NCBI GenBank assembly: GCA_949358305.1
Contig: OX442314.1
Location: 14,260,001-14,324,000 of the forward strand
Length of the DNA: 64,000 nt
Direction of reading: 5' to 3'
DNA from: Strigamia acuminata
Lineage: Eukaryota
Below the pieces are notes generated by a model. It had not been told where the DNA came from and did not search any database. It saw only the letters and a program-made list of their open reading frames with translations. How positions within the stretch are numbered: position 1 is the first letter of the stretch; the number at the start of each line of letters is the position of its first letter. A program made the translations under genes and the position numbers. Positions 1-14,070 of this stretch are shown here, one piece after another.

Positions 1-3000
1 TTGCACGTCATGGACAAACACCCACATTCCATTCCCCTTTCAAAAACCCTAATGTGATAGCACGTTCTGTACAGGTCAGTGAAAGGTGTAAAATTATTAT
101 TACTTTTTTTTTTTTAAATTGATGGTAATAATAATAAAAATAAAAAAAATGATTGATAAATCAACTTTTTTTTGTTTTGTCTAATTGAGCGAGATTTTGC
201 ACAATATTTCATGTATACTGCGTGCGTAATAAGCATATCACGTGAATGCGATAAATAAAAGAAGAGAAGTTGAAAAAAAAAATTGAGAAAAAAATCAATC
301 GCAGCAAATGTCAAATTGGGTGCACGTTATACATTGGATGAAACGCAAAAAGAAGGAATATAATTATTTCGCCAGGGTCATTTAAGGAAGTATTGAGGTT
401 ATAAAGGAAACGCACGTAACTTCATTTAATGTATTTACTTATTTATTACTTTTTTAATTTGTTGTTGACTCGATCTTATCTGTTTTCATGAGTTTCGCGT
501 GCGAGTTTTTGAGTCCAAAATGGCTAAAACTAGCACAGTAAACAAATGGATTCTTTTTTATTATAATTTTTTTGTCGATGGTATCATACGATGTTATTAA
601 GGACATTTTTTAAAAGTACATCGTGAAATTATTGACTGTAAACGCACGGTGTTGTATTTGTGTCGCAATTACGTCTGCAATGGGTGGTTTTGTTTACAAT
701 CTGGTGGGAAAACATCTGTTAAATTTCCTAAGGATTTCTAGTGGAAAATTTGACTTGTAAACGTACTTTTTATTGGAATTTATTTTTTATCTTACAAAAT
801 TTTGTATTTAATTTTTTTTTTACTATTAAACTACAGACAACATTACCAAGAATAGATATTTCACTCAGATAACTCATTCTTAAAGCTATATAATTTGATT
901 GCCAAAAATAAACCGTTTTTCCGCAGTATTATGATTATAAGATAGCAGAAGTTCTTACAATTGCGAGAAATCCATTTCTCTTTTAATCCGCTGGCTTGAC
1001 AAGACTTTACAGCGATCATGTACTTAATCATGGACACCGCAGCCCCCCGAGCCGAGGACGAGGATAAGAATAAGAAAGAGAAGAAAAAACACAACGGAAA
1101 ACCCTCGCAATGACGATAAACTTACAGAACAAAAAAAAACACTTTTATTATCCATTTATTTTTGCTACCCAGTAGGATCCAAAATCTAGTTTAAACCTTC
1201 TAGAATAACACTCAGGATCCCAACTACGACTTACACTGATTTACGGGGGTCAAAAGTCAAAACGTTGCTTTGAATAAACTCTATACAATAATTTAACTAC
1301 GAAGTTGATATTTATGAAAAGAATACTTAATTACGAAGTGTAATCACTGCTTAAAACCACACAAAAGGTCCTATATTCAGGCAAGGTAAGTTGCCTGTGG
1401 ATGTGTCCAGAATTCTAACCACAATGTCAACTCTCGGAGGAGAAGATAAGAAGAACCCCAATAACCGGACATGACAATCCGTTTAACCATTCTAAATATT
1501 TTCCCACACTTCTTGATAACACAAGTAGAAAATCCTCAGCTTTCTCCCCTCTAAAATTGATCATTACGCCTCGTTTTATAAATTTCCCTTCCTTAAATGT
1601 ATTTTTAAAAATTCTACGTTCAAGAAATGTAACTTGCTGACCTTTTAAGTCGTTAAAACGTAATTATAATTTTTTTTTACTCTTTTTTTTCTCTCTCTCG
1701 GGAATGACTATTTTGCCCGCAATGTTGTAAATTCACATATGCTGATTACGCACAATGTTTTGGACGTTGTCGTTTCTCTTGCCGGTCTAATTTCAGCAGA
1801 CGACAATTTTGCCTAGCCTTAAGTCTGTAATGAAGGATTATAAGCTTTGATCGTCACTTTTGATTGCCGTGCAAATAAATTCCTGTGTGCAACTGCGTTT
1901 GCTCTGAGCTCTGGTATCAAGCAAACTTTCTGCTTTAGATGACGGGCTTACGCTCAAATTGATCTAAATGACCGAAAATATTTAACTACGGCGAATCCAT
2001 TTAAGATGCAGCTTGGGAATTTATTTAGGTGGTTAATGCTTGCAACGTGAGAGCAAATTACCATTCATCTATCACATCACGAGGCAGAAAAATCCCATAA
2101 ATTTTTGTTTATTTCGCTACTTATTTCATTATAAAGGCACAAATTATGCGTCAAAACGTGTTAAGAAACCTAAAAATATCTTTTAAATGCTCTTGATTTG
2201 GAATTTGAATAGCTGTGATGCGAAAATATTATTTTTGCATGCAAATGCATTAACCATTGGTGCGCGTGAAATTCGTGGGAGAATTTTTGTCATATTAATT
2301 AATTACCTTTGCCATCTATTAGCAAACGCGTCTGATTTGGTTTACGACTTTTCCGATATCACGAACTAATCGTTTATCTCTCGACTACATTACAAACACG
2401 ACACACAATCTTTAGTTATTGCGTATTTTATTGCACATACTTTTTAGGGTTCGTGCTATTTTCAATGGGGAAAGATGCGAGTTGTTTGCAATCAATGTTT
2501 GATTAGGTTGAATGTTATAGATTTCACAGTTGAGGCATTTCTTTCTACATTTATTCATTTGGCCAAGTGAAATTAACTATTTACCGATAACTTATAAATT
2601 TTTAAGGTTAACTGCTAAATAATGAGTGGGAAACTGAGCAAATTCAGTTGCTTTATTCACCGCCACTGACGAGATAGGAAAAGAAATCTTCGTTTATTCG
2701 CTCGCTCATTCTGCAAACATGGCTGATGTTTATCTTTTGCAGCTGCGTGGAACTTTTTTTTTTTTCGAGTCAATTGATTTTGTAGCAGGTATTATTTGAT
2801 GCTCGCTGTTTAACTCGTCGAGGTTGACAAACAAAATAAAAATAAATAATTGATGTTAAACTACAAATATATATATTTGACTTCTTCCACTGTATTCCCT
2901 ACGCTCCACATTTCATCGATGTTTATTCTTAGATCCCTTCTCAGAAAGGAAAAACTGAATGGCATTTACATAAATTCATTCAAATGAACAGAGAGGAAAA

Positions 3001-6000
3001 AAAATCTTTTTAGCTATTTAGGACTAAAAATAGCCCTGATTTACTCATTCAAACTAGAACATTCTTTATTTGTGACAAAGATATACTTGTATTGTCAAAG
3101 CCAGTTTGAAAACTTGAGTTTTGCAATACAATTTGACGTGTTGCCAGGTTTCTACACTGTTGAACGAAATGATAGTATTTATCATCAATATTTTCCTCTC
3201 TGGCCCTAATCCAAATCTTGAATCGATCTATTCTCGATCAGTGCATTGGTGCGTTTTAGTACCAACGGCATCTTCCTGTTTGTTCCTGGGGTTCCCTCGT
3301 CGCCTCCTGCTGGTGTCCGTCTGCCTGCCAGGCCTTTGCCACCATTAACAACAACTTTTTCATTCAATAAAATCGAAGTTTTAAATTTTGAAAAAAAAAA
3401 AAATCAAAATGCAATAAATGTGGAACAACACCCAACTCGGCAACAAAAAGCGATTTGAAGAAAATAAGAAATGATTGAAAAATAATAGAAAATTCCAACT
3501 AGATTATCGAAGCAAAGTGGAATTTACTGGATGCGAGCCAAAGTGCATATTTAAGTGATGCATTGTTATTATTACCAAGTGAATTTCATATTTCATTTAG
3601 CAACATGAGGTTTAATATTGTTTTAAAACTTATGGGAAGAAAAAAGTTGGAACTAAAAGAGCCTCGAGACAAAATCGATGACTCCCACGTGGCATTCATT
3701 TTAATTCTGACCCCCAAGATAAAGACGTCATTTATTATTTCTCAGCTAATTCTCTCTCGATGCTCCTGAGTCCGAATGTACAGGAGGGATTTTTTTCTTG
3801 GATTCCTTTTTATCCGGTCGATTTTAGTGACCGGCAAAGTCGTAATAAATAAATCAATGTCAGGTAAACATAGAAAGATAGTTCCTAAACTTTCGAGTCT
3901 TAAAAATAACAGAAAACTGGGTACATGATGCATTAATAATGAGTTTATCATGAGAATTTGGTCTTGTTTACGACGGTACAAGCTGATGAAAAATTCATGC
4001 CTAATTGAAAATTCAAGGCGTAGGAAAGAAAAATTGACCCAACGTGTACAACTGTTAGAAATACATAGCGGCCACGTTATATGGAGATTTTAAATGAGTT
4101 TTGAATTTTTTTGTTTTTAAAAATGTCTTCCTATTCAGCTATCGTCTTTTCTTTCCCTTTTTTCTGTTTTATTTTTTGTGTACAGCATGAGTTGAGAAGA
4201 TAGTTATTATGTGGAGATTTGGAAATTGTTTTTCCGCCAAATTATTCCAGTGTAGTAAAAGAAAGGAATTTTCTTTTTCTTTTTTTCTTTTTTGAGAAAT
4301 TTGAATTTCATCATTTTGTTCTCGAGAGCGTGTTTTTACAAGCAGACGATAATGCGTCTTTTGCTCGGGAAGAGATTATTCTAATTGGATTTAATCGACT
4401 GCTATTGACAAAAATATTATGATTAAGGAAGTTACGCGCACTGAAAAATCGCAAATTCAGCTCAAAATCTCGACCACGCATTCATTATTCAGTATGCGAA
4501 TGGCATTTTTAAAAAAAAAACCACTTTTGCGATTTATTTAGCTCGACCATCCGCAGATATTATCAGCTAAACAAAAAAAATACCATTTCCTTAAACGAAC
4601 CCGCCGATAGTGATTTTCCAGTCTGCAGCTCGATAAACACCTGCCCTTATTAAGTAAAGAGAAAAAGCAAAAACGGAAGTAAAATCCATTATTCATAATA
4701 ACAATAATATAATAGATTTCTTTTGACTTGCTCCACCAACTAAATGACTATTTGAATCATAATTACAGTTATTTTTATAGAAACTATGGCCCATATAAGC
4801 CTAAAATCAATATGTGAACCATAAATTCACTTGTAAACAGACACCCAGGTGGCTGAGCGAAAGGCGGCCGCCAATAACCAAACCCAGCATTCAAACCTAC
4901 TGTAATATTACAGGTTAATGCATTTGCTAATTATTCACCTCAACTGTACACACCGTACATTGCACTGACAAGCTAAATAGTTGCGCCAGAAGCAGCAGCT
5001 ACAATCTCTATTCTCGACACACCTTTAATTAGTAGCATACAATTACATTCGCAATAAATATCATCAATTCTGTTAGCGATGCAATTTGTGGCCAACCTCG
5101 CAGCCATTTTTTTTAATAGCTTCGGTTAGTTTTTACAGTGTGGGTGTTTGCAGAGAAACGCATGATCGATCGTTTGAATAAAGTCACTCTCGTCTCGTCT
5201 TGCCAGATAATTACAACTGACTTGATACGGGCTTCTATACTCGACCTGCCACACACGTCGGAGATTTATGGGGAAGGACAAACGCCAAAATCCATCGCTT
5301 TACATTTCTCATTTCCCATCTCCATCACTTTGAAATGATATTTTCTGAATGTTAGTTGAAAAATTTAATATTGGGACTGCGAAATGCGAAAATCTGGATT
5401 GGAAGTGAGAAGTGCAAAACAGATCTTGTTTTTAATTGACGAAATTAGGTAAACTGATCAACTGGTGATGCAATGCGACGGAATGCAAGCCGGCTAATTA
5501 ATCTTTGAAACGCGATCCGAAATACTCATTAGCGCCGCAGCAGCTAAAGGCAATTCAAGTGCGAGCGAAGCAACAGCTTGGTGGTTGTGGGCCTCAAAGG
5601 ATTTTGATCAAAAAGACTGAATCCAACAAGGGCGAGACACGTCTGGAAATCGGATCAGTGCCGGAAACTCCACAATTCCCGATGGCGGCCACATGCGCGC
5701 GCTTCACAACTCAAACTCTGTGCTGTGACCTTTCTCGAGCGACAACCCTTTGGGCTCTTCTCGGATCAGTGCCAACTTTGTTACATCCATTTTTATCTGC
5801 ATTGGACGACTGCAGTTTTCAAATTTTTTTTTTTTCTCAATTTAAAAAAAAAAAAAAAAAATTAAATTCACTTTTCTACCTGTTCTGATTAAATCCCGTA
5901 ATAATCATTAAAAAGATTACACATCTGAGTAAAACCGTGAAAGATTAATTACGCTACTTTGACAGACTTAAAATATCGATTTCTGTCGCACGATGCAGTT

Positions 6001-9000
6001 AATGGGTTGAGAGTGTGTGCGGTTGAAGGAATAAACTGAAGGATTGAAAGCAAACCAATTAAGCAAATAAACTGCCTAAGATGCTTCCAAACGCAATGAG
6101 TCCCTTTGTTGCCTTCTTTTCAATTTTAATTCACTTTCTTGTCAACGAATAATTAACAATTGTCTCTTTTCTTTCCCAGTTCCCACTGTTAAACAACAAA
6201 CGATTTCTATTTCTTAATTTTTCTCTTTCTCTTCAATATTCTATGTTTTACCACTTTTGGGCTTTTTGGCTTAAGTAATGGCCTCTAGCTCTTAATGCGT
6301 CTTTGATTGAATATTTTATGACGCTGCTGGTCCTGCCAAGACCGAAAACACACATTGATTGTCTCATTCCTGGCCTTGTAAAACCGTAACACACAACCGA
6401 CGTCACGGCTCCTCATTTACAACGGCAATAAACAACGAATAACATTTATATTCGTCCCAAGTGTGTTTCTTAATCTTTCACACTTACAACTTGAATCTGC
6501 ACCGACATAGCTTGGTTTTATGTCTTTAGTGCATTGTACGTATTACAAGCACCACGGAAGAAGAAAAAAGGGGAGAAAAAAGAAAAAAAAGAGAAAAAAA
6601 TAGGTCACGCACTCATCCATGCGATGATGAAGGATCGCACTCTCATTTGCTACAGCCTAAAGGAACTTAACGCGTGTCCTTCGCAGTTTCTTTACTTTTA
6701 TCGAAATGATAGATGATTAGATCACGTGAGGATCAGAACAACGTGCGTCAACGACGCCGAGATGCATTCTTCAGTTGTTTAGATGCTCCCTTCGTTTTGT
6801 TTTTCATTTTCAATTAAAATTTCATCGCTGTTTGTTTAAATAGATTAGCTGTGAGCATTTAATCAGTAAATATGCCTAACGCCCGTAGGTTAACATGGAA
6901 ATATGTGCAAATGGTCATCTCAAGGGCTTTTCCCTAAACGATAACCTATGGTCCTTGGGCTCGACCTTACAATTTTTTTCTTCTCGAGATAACGCTTTGG
7001 GACTTCGCATTAGGCCTAATTTTAATGGCGCCATTTCAACTAAAGGTTTCTTAGGTTGGATCAGCTGTATACAAAAGGATGTTTATTTTATGGCGAATCC
7101 AAAGGTTAAAATGTCATTTGTCATTCTTTAAATGGTAAACATTGGCATTTTCTAGGATTGGACAGTCTAAGTTATAATAACATGAACTCAAAATATTCAA
7201 ATGTGAAAAATGTCAACTTTGAAAAATATAAATATATAGGAATCAAACAACCATTAGTACAGACATTTAAAAAAATCAATGCGTGCTCCAGTTCCACGTA
7301 AAAATCCCACAGTGCCCTGCATCAAACACGGTGCAATCATAAAGCAAAGCGATTAAATAAAAATCCTTTCCCTGCAAAAAGAACCGTCACTTTCTTTTTT
7401 TACAAAATATTATTTTTACAAGCACTTGTTATTCCTACACTGTTCCACCATTACAATTCTCATATTTTTTCTCACTTTTCCATCCTAGAAGAATCGAATT
7501 TCCTTTTCTAGTTAAAAGTCAGAGCCCAAGTCGTGCCTCATAGTCATTTTAATCAAGCCACCACCACATTACCCCAGTTCTTAAAGCCAATCCGACCAGG
7601 CAAGAGGCCAAGTATAATTTTTTTTTTTCTTTTTATAAAAATGAAATGTTTTCACACCAATTTTCTCTAGAGGATTGATGCAGTGTAAAGTTGTAGTTGA
7701 AGTAAAATATGATACTTTGGTTGAGAAAAGCGTGCGTAAAGGTCAAACAGAAAATTGAATCAAACATCGAAAAATATTTCTCATTTCATGTTTCCAAACT
7801 GGTGTTCTACTTTCATCGTTTTTTTCTTTTTTCTTTCTATATCCGTTTTCAAGCGAGACCACCTTACTATTGCTAAAATTAAACGTGGATTTTGTTTAAA
7901 ACAGTGACGCGGGGTTCAGAAAACTGCACTATTTTTGTCAAGTTTGGGATATATACTGCACATTGCCACGAGGTGTGGCTCTATTAAATGCTAATTCATC
8001 CGTTATGGCTTCAAACATGAATTTCTCTTTTTTTCTTTCCTTAGTTCTTCCATATAATCGAGACTGCACATGTGTTGAAAACATTTTTTCTTTTTTTGCA
8101 TTTTCTAGTGAAATGAATTCAGTCTGAACAGCTTTAACAGCTGCGTTTGCTATTCCATGTTTTCGAATTTAAAAATCACATATAATTCTGCTTAGAGCGT
8201 GTCAAAATATAAAATATTAAACGAAATGTCACAAATGTGTACATCTCCGCCGAGACGTATTGGAAGAAACGAGAAATTCGAATAAATGATGCAAATGAAC
8301 CAAAATAGCTTCCCTAATAAATATTTTTGCCGAAGTCATTAATTCACTATTTTAGTAACTTGTGCGCTTCATTTCAACCCCATTAATCAATACGAGGTGC
8401 AATTCACACGTGCACGTGTGGCACAGGGTCGAAAAAAGGACCACGAAAACAAAGGCCTTTACAGCGCGTCTCTTGACACGTCATTGATTCCAATACCGGG
8501 TCGTTTTGCAGCTGCTTTCAGCAATTAGACATTTTTTTTCTTTCCGTTTCCTAATGAACTTAAAAACACTTTCCAATACGACTTGTTTACCAATATAATT
8601 GGCACAGTCCTCCATCTGTTTATCAATTCACGCTTTAATAGTTTATATCTGCTCAAGTGTTTACAAATTAGCCATTTGCCCGCATTTGCCAAATGTTCCG
8701 CCTGAAGGTCGGCTTTCGAGCGCACATTTATTGTAATGCAGGCAAATCCGACTCGGCGGAAACAAGGGGCCGGTGGCTGCTTGCGTTTATTTTGCGCCTG
8801 ATGAACTAGCCCGACCCGTTCAGCAGTAAAAGGTGAATTATTTGTTAGTTGCACGTGCTGGTTTAAGGTTCGATTGGCAAGCGCATTGTGTTGTGATTCA
8901 ACACGGGATAATCCAATCCATCTGAGCACGTAGCTCGTACTTGCTACCGCATTGCTCATCCATCAAATTCATGAAGAATAGCGAGGCAAAAGGCCGCATT

Positions 9001-9305
9001 CTATGGATACATTATGCATAAATCAATGGAATTGGAAATCTTTTTCCCTAACGAACGAAATGTCTACGAACACGCATCAACTGTGAAAAATCGCTTTAAT
9101 TCCACAATCAATCGTTGGTAGACGGACAAAACGCATAAAACGGTGTTTCGCGTGTTGTTTTGATGAATATACGTTTAGTTTTATGTTTAAAATATTACAA
9201 TTGATCGTTTTTATGGTTAAAAATAAAGAAGGAGAAAAAAAATGAGATAGATAAAAAGTGAGAGGAAATGGAATGTGTTGAAGAAGAATGAAGCGGAAAA
9301 CTTAC

Positions 9306-9401
9306 GTTGTGAGCCGGAACGCCGGATAATGTTTTCCAAAAAAGTGTTTTGCGGCGCGACGAGACCGCGTCGTCCACCGGGCATTGTGACAACTTAGGCA
9401 T
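9306..9401 (-). CDS. Putative first coding exon of an unidentified gene running left out of the window ([32 protein letters not shown])
   Basis: ATG at 9401 within a GC/CpG-rich island (about 9330-9730), 32 open codons, then a consensus donor AAC|GTAAGT at 9305. No further exon recognised in 1-9300. Confidence 0.35.
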
Positions 9402-10292
9402 CGCACGCGCGTGCAAGCGTGAAGCTGTGAAGTTTGTTGCGCTTATACTCCTACTTTTTGCGTGAAGATAAGACGTCTCATAGAGGGTAAGGCGACTGTG
9501 GGCACAGCGTGCTCCAAACCGTCCGCGAGACAGCTGCTCGCGCGTCCTCCGAGAAAGCACGCGCGCGCCGCGTCTCGACCATGGTGCATCCGTTAATAAA
9601 ACCCTCCGTTCGCCTTGCTCGTTGTCGTGTTAGTGTGCCAGGCCAGTTTGTTCTACCTGGTGGCACTCGTAGCCCAGGCACGTTCCTGAATTATTAATGT
9701 TAGTGTGTTGACGACTGCGCGCGCAATGGTTGCCATGGTGATGATTATCATGTGCACGCTATCGTTTCGGCTTTGTTTTGCTCATTGCGCGACATCTAGT
9801 GGATGTAAACCAAAGTACTTTGAATGTAAATGTAAACATGTTTGAAATTATTATTATTAGAAATTATTTGTGGAAGAATAATGGTTCGATTTGTTTGGCA
9901 ATTTTTGTTATATCGTTAATAAAAACAATCATTCATTATTTGTTTTATTTGGATCGATTAAAAAAACTCGTTTTTTTGAAATTGTACATTTGAAGGATTT
10001 CATTTTGTTTTTTTTAGGTGGAATTTGGTGAATTTCTTTTGTCGTTTTTGTTTCCCCGAGTTGATCAATTAGTAAATTGGTAAAATCAAGAAGGAAAAGG
10101 ACTCGTAAGGAAGGCACTTTGCCGCTGTAGCTAATGGTGCCATCTATTGATCGTTTTAAACGTCAATATTCGTAGTCGTTTCTGCTTATGGTTCATTTAT
10201 ATCTGCTTTCACCGATCTCTACTCAACGTATGATTTAAAAATAAGCATAAACCGAAAGCTTATTTATTATTCATTCATGTGCTGCTGATTTT

Positions 10293-11595
10293 ATGGAATG
10301 GAAAAAATTAGATTTAGATCCTCGAATTACAAGCGTCATCCGTCGTAGCGGTGAGTAGAAGTTGCGGTAATTGTGGTTTTGTTACAATCTAGAATAATCT
10401 CGAGAATAATACAAGTTTTATATATCACACAGGTCATTTCAAAAGTTCCAGTGACATTTTAACTGCGACCCGAAGTGAATTACTTAACCAAACAGGATTA
10501 TGTCTGAAAGATGTAAATGAAGCGATAAAAGCCGTTTCGAAATGTGTCGTAAAACAAACGCCAACTTCAGGTTGAACAGGAATTAATCTTATTAGGAATT
10601 TTAATGTTTATTTACGGATTTTGACATCTTCTAGTTTTGCAATTATCCAGCGATCCGGCGAATTTATTCGACAGAAAGCTGAGTGTGGGCTCGCCAGCCA
10701 TCGATGAATTTTTAAATGGTGGAATATTGGTTGGACGAGTAACGGAAATTTCTGGTGAAAGCGCCAGTGGAAAAACTCAGTTGTGTTTACAGTTGTCATT
10801 GACATGTCAGTTGCCAAGTGAACAAAATGGACTTAATGCAGGTCAAATATTGGCTGATTCACAGAAAAACATTATTTTTAATACTCGGTACTCGGGTTAA
10901 TTACGTTTTAGGTGTTGCTTACGTTTGTACCGAAGATAATTTTCCAAATAAAAGGTTTTACCAGTTAAAAGAGAATTTTAAATTGACACATCACGAAATT
11001 AAGGATAGAAATTTGTCGGACAGCGTATTTATACGCCATGTAGCTGATGTGGTATGCTTTCAACATTGAAATTATTATTTTTTAAATGGAATAATATTTT
11101 CTGTTCTTTTAGGATCGATTAAAGAAATGTATTGATAATGAAATTCCGGTACTAATCAATCGTAATAAAATAGGACTTGTGATCATCGACTCGGTCGCTG
11201 CATTATTTCGCGGTGAATACGAACAAGATTATTTACGCCGAGCGAAGGATTTAAATTGGCTCGGCTCGCGATTGCATCGATTTTGTGTTGACTATAAAAT
11301 TACTGTCGTTTGTGTAAACCAGGTAAAGTGTTTGTTAATTGATTGGTTGATTGATTTGTTATTTCAATTTTTTTTTATACAGATAACTGATGTTCCAGGA
11401 GAGCATTCCATTCCATCTTTGGGAATAACTTGGTCCAATTTAATGAATGTGCGTTTGTTTTTATCACGTGATTTAACATTTTTACGTACGGAATCGACAT
11501 CAGCTGTGTACAGAACTTTGGAAGTTATTTTTGCTCCGAACTTACCCAAATCTTCATGCCGGTTTAAAATTGATGAGAAAGGAGTTAGTGTCTGA
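10293..11595 (+). CDS. XRCC3: DNA repair protein XRCC3 (RAD51 paralog), 6 exons, about 321 aa
   Basis: Exons 10293-10350, 10433-10570, 10635-10841, 10912-11051, 11113-11322 and 11383-11595 join in frame through GT-AG introns. N-terminus LDLDPRITSVIRR resembles XRCC3; Walker A GESASGKT; YVCTEDNFP; Walker B IIDSVAALFR; PSLGITWSN. Confidence 0.92.
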
Positions 11596-11740
11596 TTAGA
11601 TAAAGAATTCGAAATAAAATTATTTGTTTTCTATAATTTCTTGTATTTTTTTTCCACTTTAAACACATGAATTAAATATTTTAAAATTTGATATTTGAAA
11701 TTAAAGTTTATATAGTAATTTTAGAGAAAGTGTGACATGG

Positions 11741-11812
11741 TCCTCGATAGTATAGTGGTTAGTATCCCCGCCTGTCACGCGGGAGACCGGGGTTCGATTC
11801 CCCGTCGGGGAG
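11741..11812 (+). tRNA. tRNA-Asp(GTC)
   Basis: 72-nt canonical sequence TCCTCGATAGTATAGTGG...CTGTCAC...GGTTCGATTCCCCGTCGGGGAG followed by a T-rich Pol III terminator. Confidence 0.97.
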
Positions 11813-12181
11813 ACTTTATTTTTTCTCGAATGGTTATTTATAAAAATAACAGCTTTTATTTATTATTTTTTTTAAATTTGTTGTTTTCATAGTTTTCATA
11901 AAAATTCGTTTTCACACACTTTATTAATTAATAAAAAAAAAATTAAATTTTTTTTTAACTTATTACTATTTATTGTTCAAAGATGGCGTTTGCTTGCATA
12001 AAACTTATCTAAGTGTTCAAAATAAGTTTCTCGTAACCTGAAAAATATTTCGGGAAGTTTAACCTTGATTCAACCTTTGGAATAACACCAAAGCTAACCA
12101 AACAACAGCAAACAACAGCAAACGCCAATAATTTAATTAATTAATGAAGAAAGAGCCTTATTTAATAAGAAACACACGTAG

Positions 12182-12253
12182 TCCTCGATAGTATAGTGGT
12201 CAGTATCCCCGCCTGTCACGCGGGAGACCGGGGTTCAATTCCCCGTCGGGGAG
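12182..12253 (+). tRNA. tRNA-Asp(GTC), second copy
   Basis: Same 72-nt sequence with 2 substitutions (D-loop T>C, T-loop G>A), followed by a poly-T tract. Confidence 0.96.
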
Positions 12254-13021
12254 ACTCGTGGAAATTTTTTTTTTATAATTATTAAAACTTTTATTTTCTT
12301 TTCTTCAACAAGGTTAAGCGCAGTTTAGTTATTTTTCAGTTCATTGCAAAAAAAAAACTCTGTTTCCAAGGTTATATTTTTTTTTCAAAATTTTTTTTTA
12401 TTAAAAATAAAAATATTTGTATTTTCATGTAGCCATGCGTCTCTTCTCTGCTGCCCCTCCTCTGCGATGAGCCATATACGTGTAGTGCTACCGGGGTAAG
12501 TGACCTCACGCCCCTCTTATCCCTCGCAAGCGTGACGAGATCAAATAACATACGTGTATAAAATGTAGGGAGAAACACTTACCATTGAATTAATGTCAGG
12601 CACATAAAAGCAATAAAAGAAAAATAAATTTAAAATCCTTTTTTCTCCATTCAATCAAACAAAATATTTATCTTTGTTGTTTGACCATGTGAAAACACAT
12701 ACCGATATCAGTTACCTACTTCCGGTGCTATTCTCCACAGGTATGAGTTTCTTATTTTATTACCAAAGCTGAGATCATCGGTTATAAACATTAAACAGAC
12801 CCTATCTGTATTAAAAATTAAAATTAAACATTTTTTAAAAATATTTTTCAATTGCATCGATAAGGTTGGATTTCGAACCTATTGACGAGAAATTCTAAGT
12901 AAATTTCGGACAATTTAAATTTTCTCATTGATCTACTTTATTTTTAAATAAGGTCAAGTAAAATCATAATGTTGTTTCGGTGCAATATCCATCGGTTATG
13001 ATTTTCCAAAACGTTCCACTG

Positions 13022-14026
13022 TGTAATGAGCTCAAATTACTGTGAAGAATATTAACAATAAAACTAAACTCATTGATGCCGTGCCAGGACTTATACAAAT
13101 ACTTCTCAAAATAACTTAATATTAACTCAAATGATAGGAGAAATAATGACTCAATTATTTCTCAATTAACAGACGATTTATTCAAACTTAGAATAAACAC
13201 TAAATCGAATACAAGATATTATTTTGTGATAAACGGATAAATTAAATGACTGAAGAAATAATTTACTAAAAGAAATATAATTAAAAGCAAAGGAAAATGA
13301 TAAAGAATCCAGTCGATTCGACGACTCCACTTCTCGGGAACGCCGAACGCTTGGATTCGCTTCACTCGACGCTCGGCTCGGCCTCGACGTTTCTTCAACA
13401 CGGACTCAATTCCGTTCCAACTACTTCCTCGTGACTCGTTCGGGCTCAATCCCGCTCTCGTCGTCCTCTCCAGGTCGCAACGTCGTCGTCGCGGCGTCGT
13501 TGCGGCTGATTCCGCACAACAATCTCTCACACTCGCGCTCACTTCGCTTCGTCGCGAGTGAGAAGTCTCAGTCCAACAATGGCTGTTGGCCAAGAATAGA
13601 AATCCCTCCAAACAATACTTGTTTGGCAAGATAAAAATCCCACTGTCACTAACTGAAGTAACAGCAAGAAATATCTCACAAATCGCTCTGGCAATCTGCA
13701 AGAATGAGTCCAAATACTCTGACAATCTTTCACTAAATCGGCTTGTAGAATGGTGTTTTCTCAGGAAGATTTTGGTGACTGGTTGCTCTCAAAGTAGGTT
13801 TCAAACTGAGGAGTTTTTCTGCTCCTCACAGGAAGTGTTTCCTGCTCCGGGAGGTTGCGGGCTGGTTTCCTTGGCGACCACCCACAATTCCTCCCACCCT
13901 GCCTAACTCCCTTTATCTAGACAGGAAATCATAAAAAATATAAAATAAAATAAAACAATCTCCAATTTAATATTTTATTTCGGGCTCATTCCCGACACTT
14001 CATTAGTGACCACTAGGGTCACTACA
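13022..14026 (-). repeat. 3' LTR
   Basis: Direct repeat of 26944-27948 at a constant offset of 13922; the ORF-track translations inside the two copies are identical. Confidence 0.97.
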
Positions 14027-14040
14027 CCTCCCCTCTTTTT
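14027..14040 (-). other. Polypurine tract
   Basis: AAAAAGAGGGGAGG on the minus strand directly abuts the 3' LTR. Confidence 0.9.
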
Positions 14041-14070
14041 AGGAAGGTTCTCCGATTCTTCCTTCACTTC

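Noticed and set aside
12701..12782. Possible C/D-box snoRNA on the minus strand (GATGA...CTGA with ACCGAT/ATCGGT stem)
   Set aside because: The C box is imperfect and overlaps the stem, and I found no convincing rRNA guide complementarity.
11741..13022. tRNA-targeted integration of the retrotransposon
   Set aside because: The element lies about 770 bp downstream of the nearer tRNA gene; one insertion cannot show targeting.
13219..13906. ORFs of 64-168 aa inside the LTRs (repeated at 27141-27828)
   Set aside because: No recognisable domains and mostly non-ATG starts; they recur only because the LTRs are duplicates.
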